A stretch of 64,000 nucleotides of DNA from Patescibacteria group bacterium (GTDB lineage: Bacteria > Patescibacteriota > Minisyncoccia > Moranbacterales > DUUL01), in NCBI GenBank assembly GCA_034660175.1, contig JAYEIQ010000016.1, forward strand, positions 2,373-66,372, in the 5' to 3' direction. The notes under the pieces were generated by a model, which was given only the letters and a program-made list of their open reading frames with translations, made no database searches and was not told where the DNA came from. Position numbers and translations under genes: made by a program. Each line of letters opens with the position of its first letter. Position 1 is the stretch's first letter. Below are positions 58,622 to 64,000 of this stretch, in pieces.

Positions 58622-61600
58622 CTATTCGATATCGACGTTCTCTTTTCCGACAATGTCGCGAATAGAGTCGATTACCGCTTCATCGAAATCGATGTGGTGT
58701 GGTGTTTCAAGTTTTTCTCCATTCTCATTTGAAGAAATGAAGATCTTGCACTCACCTTTATCAGTATTACAAATCACTTTTGAAATTTTCTCCAAAACTT
58801 CTGGTCCGCATTTGTCACCAACACAAATTGTGATGTTTTTGTGGACAGTTTTCGTTGGGGAAATTTGAGGTGCTTGATTGAAAGCTGGTCTGGTATGTAT
58901 CGGAAAGTGGGGTTCATTGTTGCCAGATTTTTCAAAAGAAGTTGCAGTGTTTTTTTGATCTTTCTTCATTTCTTCATCATTCACAATGATGGCCTGCTCA
59001 CAAAGAAGTTTTGGTTCGTCGTCTTTTTGTGAAAACTTTCCCTTGAGCAAGACGACATGCTCTTCCTTCCATGGCTCAGGATCTTTCTCGAGTGTTTTTG
59101 GAAATACCAAAACTTCTATTTTCCCAATTCCATCTTCGATTGTTGCAAAATACATTAATTGGTTGTTTCTGGTGTATACTTTTTGAATCTTGGTTATGAT
59201 TCCACCAATAGTGACTTGCTGATTGAGATGACTTGAAGAAAGGGAGTTGATAGGAGTTGATCTTGATGCAAAATATTCTTGATATCCACGTAAAGGATGA
59301 TCGGAAATATATAAACCCAACAACTCTTTTTCCCATGACAAAGTTTGTTTTTTGGGTGCCTTTGGAGCTTCATTGAAAGTAATTTTTGGTGCTTCAATCA
59401 ATTGTTCTCCTCCCATGGTAAAGAGAGAAGATTGACCTGCAGATTGGTTTTTCTGAAATTCTTTTGAATATGAAAGGATTTGTTCTACGTTTTGAAGAAC
59501 CTTGTTGCGTTCCATGAGCTCATCCAATGCTCCAGACATTGCGAGAGCCTCGACTGATTTTTTGTTGAGGTCTTTGTCGCAGACTCTTTCGACCATGTCG
59601 ATAATATCTTTGTATAGTCCATTCTTTTCTCTTTCCTTAATTATCATCTCTGCTATGTGTGTACCAACGCCTTTGATCGCTTCAAGTCCAAAGCGAATTT
59701 TTGGTTTTTCGTTTTTATTTCCCAAGATCACTGCAAAGTCCTTGAAGCTTTCGTTTATGTTTGGGGCGAGAACCTCAATTCCCATCAGTCTTGCTTCTTC
59801 AATTTCAATAGCGATTCTGTCTGTGTCGTCTTTGTCAGAGTTGAGAAGTGCTGCCATGAATTGGGAGGGGTAGTGTGTTTTGAGATATGCTGTTTGATAT
59901 CCGATTAACGCATAACAAGCAGCATGTGATCGGTTGAAGCCATAACCTGCAAAAGGTTCAACAAATGAAAAGACTTTTTCTGCCAATGCTTTTTCAATTC
60001 CATTTTCCACGCAACCATCAATAAATTTCTCTTTTTGTTGTGCAATGAGCTCCACTATCTTTTTACCCATTGCTTTTCGCAGAATATCTGCTTCTCCCGG
60101 GGTGAAACCTGCGAGTTCTCGAGCAATTTGCATCACTTGTTCTTGATAGACAGCAACGCCATATGTGTTTTCCAAAATTGGCTTGAGTTTTGGGTGTAAA
60201 TATAGAACTTTTTTTGTTCCATGTTTTCCTCCAATAAAATCAGGGATCCACTCCATTGGCCCAGGTCGATAGAGGGCAACCATAGCAATGATGTCTTCAA
60301 AAACTGTGGGTTTGAGTTTTTTCAAATAGTGTTTCATTCCAGAGGACTCAAGCTGAAAAACTCCTGTTGTTTCTCCTCGTTGTAAGAGTTTGTATGTATG
60401 TTCATCATTCAGGGGTAATTTTTCAATGTCAACTACATCTCCTGTTGTTTTTTCAATCACTTTCAGAGCATTTTCAATGATGGTGAGGTTCTTGAGTCCC
60501 AAAAAGTCCATTTTGAGAAGTCCTATCTTTTCTACATATGAAGCTTTTGAAGATGCTGCATATTGAGTCACGATCGAAGGTTCTGATCCTTTTTTCCCTG
60601 TCATGTATTGCAATGGTGAATATTCAACAACTGGTTCTGCGGTGATCACGACTCCACAAGCGTGCATTGAGGCATGTCGAGCAACACCTTCCAGGCGAAG
60701 TGCAGCATCAACAATGCGTTTTGCATCAGGATTTGAGTTATATTCTGTTAAAAGTTCTTTTGATGATTCCAGGGCTGTTTTAAGATCTGTGAACATCGGA
60801 ACCATTTTTGCAAGTTTATCACAATAAGTGTATTCAACATTCAATACGCGACCCACATCACGAATTGCAGCTCGTGCTGCCATTGTTCCAAAGGTGATAA
60901 TTTGTGCTACATGGTCTTCGCCATATTTTTTTCGACAATATTGCAAAACTTCATCTCTGCGATGATCAGCAAAGTCGGCATCAACATCAGGCATCGAAAT
61001 TCTGTCTGGATTCAAAAATCTTTCAAAGAGCAGGTTATATTCGATTGGATCAAGGTTTGTGATTCCGGTCAGATAAGAAACGAAACTTCCTGCTGCGCTA
61101 CCTCTTCCTGGTCCCACGATGATTCCTTGGTCTTTTGACCAATTCATGAAGTCTTGAACGATGAGGAAATATGAAGAGAAGCCCATCTTGGAAATGATTC
61201 CAAGTTCATAGTCGAGACGTTCCTGATGTTTTTCTGTAAACCCGCCATCGGGATAGCGTTTTTCGATGCCTTCTTTGCAAAGTTTGAGAAGATAGCTGTC
61301 GGGAGTTTCTCCTTTTGGAACTTCAAAATGCGGGAGTTTGGTGTGGCCAAATTCAATTTCAACACTACATTTGTCAACAATTCTCTGAGTGTTTTCAATT
61401 GCTTCTGGAATGTCTTTGAAGAACTCTATCATTTCCTCAGGACTCTTGAGATACAATTCATGTTCCTTCATCGTTATTCGATTCAAGTCGTCAATTTTTT
61501 TCCCTGTTTGCAGACACATAAGAATGTCTTGAACCTCGTTGTCGTCTGGATTCACATAGTGCAAATCTGCAGTAGCTACAACAGGAATTCCAGTTTCTTT

Positions 61601-62191
61601 TGAAACTTTGATTAGTCCTTCGTTGGCCTTTTTTTGTTTTTCAAAGTTGGGAAGGTGTTGAAGTTCAAGGTAATAATTTTCCTTGCCAAGAATTTCTTGA
61701 TATTCCAAAGCCTTTTTTACTGCATCTTCATGCTTGTTTCCGATTTCCAATTGAGCAATTTCTCCCTGAACGCATCCGCTCATTCCTATGATGCCCTCTG
61801 CGTGTTTCTTGAGGACCTCCATGTCGATGCGTGGTTTATAATAATAGCCCTCAAGGTGTGCAATCGTCACCAATTTCATCAAGTTTTTGTATCCAGTTTC
61901 ATTTTTGGCTAGCAAAGTCAAATGAAATCTTTCATCATCAATTTTAGCTCTTTTGTTTTTGAGTCCATTTGGTGCCAGATACATCTCGCATCCCAAGATG
62001 GGTTTGATGCCTCTTTGAATTGCTTTGTCATAGAACTCTGGAATTCCATACATTGTTCCGTGGTCTGTGATTGCAATTGAGTCCATACCAAACTCCTTGA
62101 CCTTGTCGAGAAGGTCTTCAATCTTGCACAAGCCATCGAGAAGGCTATAGTGAGTATGGACATGTAGGTGGGTGAATTTTTGTTTTAACAT
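58622..62191 (-). CDS. dnaE: DNA polymerase III alpha subunit
   Basis: HLHVHTHYSLLDG, GRGSAAGS, MPDVDAD, KMDFLGL, GYGFNRSHA; no intein seen. Confidence 0.98.
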   Translation of the reverse strand: MLKQKFTHLHVHTHYSLLDGLCKIEDLLDKVKEFGMDSIAITDHGTMYGIPEFYDKAIQRGIKPILGCEMYLAPNGLKNKRAKIDDERFHLTLLAKNETGYKNLMKLVTIAHLEGYYYKPRIDMEVLKKHAEGIIGMSGCVQGEIAQLEIGNKHEDAVKKALEYQEILGKENYYLELQHLPNFEKQKKANEGLIKVSKETGIPVVATADLHYVNPDDNEVQDILMCLQTGKKIDDLNRITMKEHELYLKSPEEMIEFFKDIPEAIENTQRIVDKCSVEIEFGHTKLPHFEVPKGETPDSYLLKLCKEGIEKRYPDGGFTEKHQERLDYELGIISKMGFSSYFLIVQDFMNWSKDQGIIVGPGRGSAAGSFVSYLTGITNLDPIEYNLLFERFLNPDRISMPDVDADFADHRRDEVLQYCRKKYGEDHVAQIITFGTMAARAAIRDVGRVLNVEYTYCDKLAKMVPMFTDLKTALESSKELLTEYNSNPDAKRIVDAALRLEGVARHASMHACGVVITAEPVVEYSPLQYMTGKKGSEPSIVTQYAASSKASYVEKIGLLKMDFLGLKNLTIIENALKVIEKTTGDVVDIEKLPLNDEHTYKLLQRGETTGVFQLESSGMKHYLKKLKPTVFEDIIAMVALYRPGPMEWIPDFIGGKHGTKKVLYLHPKLKPILENTYGVAVYQEQVMQIARELAGFTPGEADILRKAMGKKIVELIAQQKEKFIDGCVENGIEKALAEKVFSFVEPFAGYGFNRSHAACYALIGYQTAYLKTHYPSQFMAALLNSDKDDTDRIAIEIEEARLMGIEVLAPNINESFKDFAVILGNKNEKPKIRFGLEAIKGVGTHIAEMIIKEREKNGLYKDIIDMVERVCDKDLNKKSVEALAMSGALDELMERNKVLQNVEQILSYSKEFQKNQSAGQSSLFTMGGEQLIEAPKITFNEAPKAPKKQTLSWEKELLGLYISDHPLRGYQEYFASRSTPINSLSSSHLNQQVTIGGIITKIQKVYTRNNQLMYFATIEDGIGKIEVLVFPKTLEKDPEPWKEEHVVLLKGKFSQKDDEPKLLCEQAIIVNDEEMKKDQKNTATSFEKSGNNEPHFPIHTRPAFNQAPQISPTKTVHKNITICVGDKCGPEVLEKISKVICNTDKGECKIFISSNENGEKLETPHHIDFDEAVIDSIRDIVGKENVDIE

Positions 62192-62361
62192 AAAATGAAG
62201 TGGGAAGTCATAGAGGTTATTATGCATAAGCATTATACAGGTGTGACTAGATAATTTCAATTTGACCTGTTTTGATTCTTGTGTTGGAAATTTATCGATG
62301 TTTATCGGTTGATTTCTGGGGTTTTTAGTGCTAGTCTGAAAAGACAGAAAACATTCAATTT

Positions 62362-63099
62362 ATGCTGAAAGTTATCAATCTGACAATCAAATCGAGAGAA
62401 AAAAAAGACAAGCTTTTAGATAAAGTTAGTTTTGAGGTGGGTGAAAACGAGATTCACTGTATTTTGGGAATAAATGGAAGTGGCAAATCAACATTGGCCT
62501 ATGCACTTTTGGGACTTGATCGATATGAATATGGTTCTGGGAAAGTTATGTTTTTGGGCAAGGATATTTCAGAGAAACAGCCATTTGAAAGAGCGAAGCT
62601 TGGATTAACAATAGCGTTTCAGGAACCTGCCAGATTCGAAGGATTAACAGTGAGCGACTATCTCAAGGCTGGAAAAAAGAAAGCGACTAATTTGGAAATG
62701 AAGTATGTTTTGAAATTGGTTGGTCTTGAAGATAAGGAGTTTTTAAAAAGAAATGTTGATGAGAAGCTTTCTGGTGGTGAACGTAAGAGGATAGAGTTGG
62801 CTTCAGTTATCATCATGAGACCAAAACTAATGATTCTTGATGAGCCAGATGCCTCACTTGACATCATTGTCTACAATGAACTCTATGATTTGATGCTTAG
62901 AGTCAAGGAAGAATTGAAATGTTCAATTCTTTTGATCACTCATAGGGAAGAGGCGGGTTTGATTGCTGATCGTGCGACATTGGTTGATGGCGGGAAGGTT
63001 ATTGAGACTGGACGTTTTAGGCATGTGATGCGTGTCTATTGTGAGCGTGAAGGAAGAAGGGATCGTTGTATGGCTTATAAAATGAAGATGAAGAAATAA
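62362..63099 (+). CDS. SufC/SmsC-type Fe-S assembly ABC ATPase
   Basis: GINGSGKST, FQEPARFEG, LSGGERKRIELAS, ILDEPD; C-terminal Cys pair. Confidence 0.85.
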   Translation: MLKVINLTIKSREKKDKLLDKVSFEVGENEIHCILGINGSGKSTLAYALLGLDRYEYGSGKVMFLGKDISEKQPFERAKLGLTIAFQEPARFEGLTVSDYLKAGKKKATNLEMKYVLKLVGLEDKEFLKRNVDEKLSGGERKRIELASVIIMRPKLMILDEPDASLDIIVYNELYDLMLRVKEELKCSILLITHREEAGLIADRATLVDGGKVIETGRFRHVMRVYCEREGRRDRCMAYKMKMKK

Positions 63100-63122
63100 A
63101 AAAGTTAAGAATTTTTCAAGAT

Positions 63123-64000
63123 ATGCCAAAACTAACAACTGATTTTGTCAAAACTGCAAAAATGTGTGGACTCGAGCATCTATTGAATGCCAAGGGCCAT
63201 TTTTTTGTGGAAAAAAACAAACTTCTTTCATATAAGACACCGAAAGGAATCGAGATGGAGGCAAAAGAAACTCCAAATGGTATAGAGGCAGAAGTTGTTG
63301 TGAAGAAAGGTGCTAAAATTAAAGAACCTCTGTTTTTCTGCTTTGGCCTGAAAGGGGAGAGTGATGAACAAATAGTTGTTCTAAACATTACAGTAGAAGA
63401 TGGAGCGGATGTTAAGATCATAACTCATTGCAGTTTTCCTCATGCAACATCAGCAACTCACAAAATGGAGGCAGTTTTCAAAATCGGAAAGAATGCAAAT
63501 TTTTTCTATGAGGAGCATCATTATCACGGAAAAAAATCTGGTGCTATGGTAATTTCGAAATTGAAGTTGCTCATTGGGGAAGGAGGCTTGTTTGAGAGCA
63601 ATTTTGTTTTGTCAAAAGGGACAGTTGGTCAAGTCAGCATAGACGTTGAAGCAATTTTGGAAAAAGATGCTCGTAGTGAGATCAACACGAAAGTTTTTGG
63701 GAAAAATAGCAGTGACATTGTTAATATTATTGATAAAGTGATTCTGAATGGAGAGAATAGTAAAAGTTTGATCAAGATGCGTGCAGCTGCCAAAAATGGT
63801 GGAAGAGTATTCATGCAAGGAGAAACATATGCAAATGCTGCTGGTGCAGTGGGACATGTTGATTGTCAGGAAATTATTTCTGGTGATGATTCAGTTGCAA
63901 AAGCAGTTCCAATTGTTGAAGTATCCAATGACCAGGCTCGGGTGACACACGAGGCTTCGGTTGGGAAGATTAACCAAAAGGAACTGGAAACGCTTATGAC
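63123..64000 (+). CDS. SufB/D-family (SmsB-like) Fe-S scaffold, 3'-truncated by the window edge
   Basis: ORF from ATG 63123 (absent from the ORF track): FCFG, HCSFP, GHVDCQEI, AVPIVEV....ARVTHEASVGKINQKELETLM. Confidence 0.85.
   Translation, partial: MPKLTTDFVKTAKMCGLEHLLNAKGHFFVEKNKLLSYKTPKGIEMEAKETPNGIEAEVVVKKGAKIKEPLFFCFGLKGESDEQIVVLNITVEDGADVKIITHCSFPHATSATHKMEAVFKIGKNANFFYEEHHYHGKKSGAMVISKLKLLIGEGGLFESNFVLSKGTVGQVSIDVEAILEKDARSEINTKVFGKNSSDIVNIIDKVILNGENSKSLIKMRAAAKNGGRVFMQGETYANAAGAVGHVDCQEIISGDDSVAKAVPIVEVSNDQARVTHEASVGKINQKELETLM

Noticed and set aside
58622-62191. Intein or intron in dnaE (also checked rpoB and rpoC)
   Set aside because: Lengths are normal, with no intein terminal motifs or LAGLIDADG blocks
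1-64000. CRISPR array, integrase, transposase, prophage or rRNA
   Set aside because: No regularly spaced repeats or recognisable motifs; no duplicated tRNA 3' end (att site) was found by eye
1-64000. Genome-wide TGA recoding (code 4/25)
   Set aside because: Conserved genes are uninterrupted, use TGG and GGN codons, and some end in TGA

Overview
Core chromosomal window from a low-GC Candidate Phyla Radiation (Patescibacteria) bacterium, most likely Parcubacteria and possibly Moranbacteria-like. The lineage is inferred from the missing rpmD/L30, the short TsaB-like gene, a VirB2-like pilin and a VirD4-like ATPase with a CxxC-x17-CxxC tail. Genetic code 11. Contents in order: surface and pilus genes (VWA adhesin, lytic transglycosylase, pilin, beta-helix protein, PilX-like/pilMNO), tRNA-Arg, ychF, a frameshifted U32/TrhP-like gene, galU, rnpB, cell-wall and sugar genes, rplU plus the S10-spc cluster (S8/S14 order swapped) ending in secY and tRNA-Gly, a 4-kb variable patch, rpoBC, rpsT, ruvA, femABX-like, murE, a TPR membrane protein, miaB, thrS with a T-box, dnaE and a minimal SufC/SufB (Sms-like) pair. 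No CRISPR array, integrase, transposase or rRNA was seen. Best novel leads: (1) tandem promoter-hairpin-anti-SD-terminator small RNAs behind tRNA-Gly, antisense to SD-led mini-ORFs; (2) a thrS T-box whose Stem I is replaced by hairpins displaying the Thr codon ACC in terminal loops; (3) L23 with an FtsY-like amphipathic N-terminal helix on a long charged tether; (4) a switch-like structured spacer between rpsJ and rplC. All calls were made by eye, and no database search or folding program was run.
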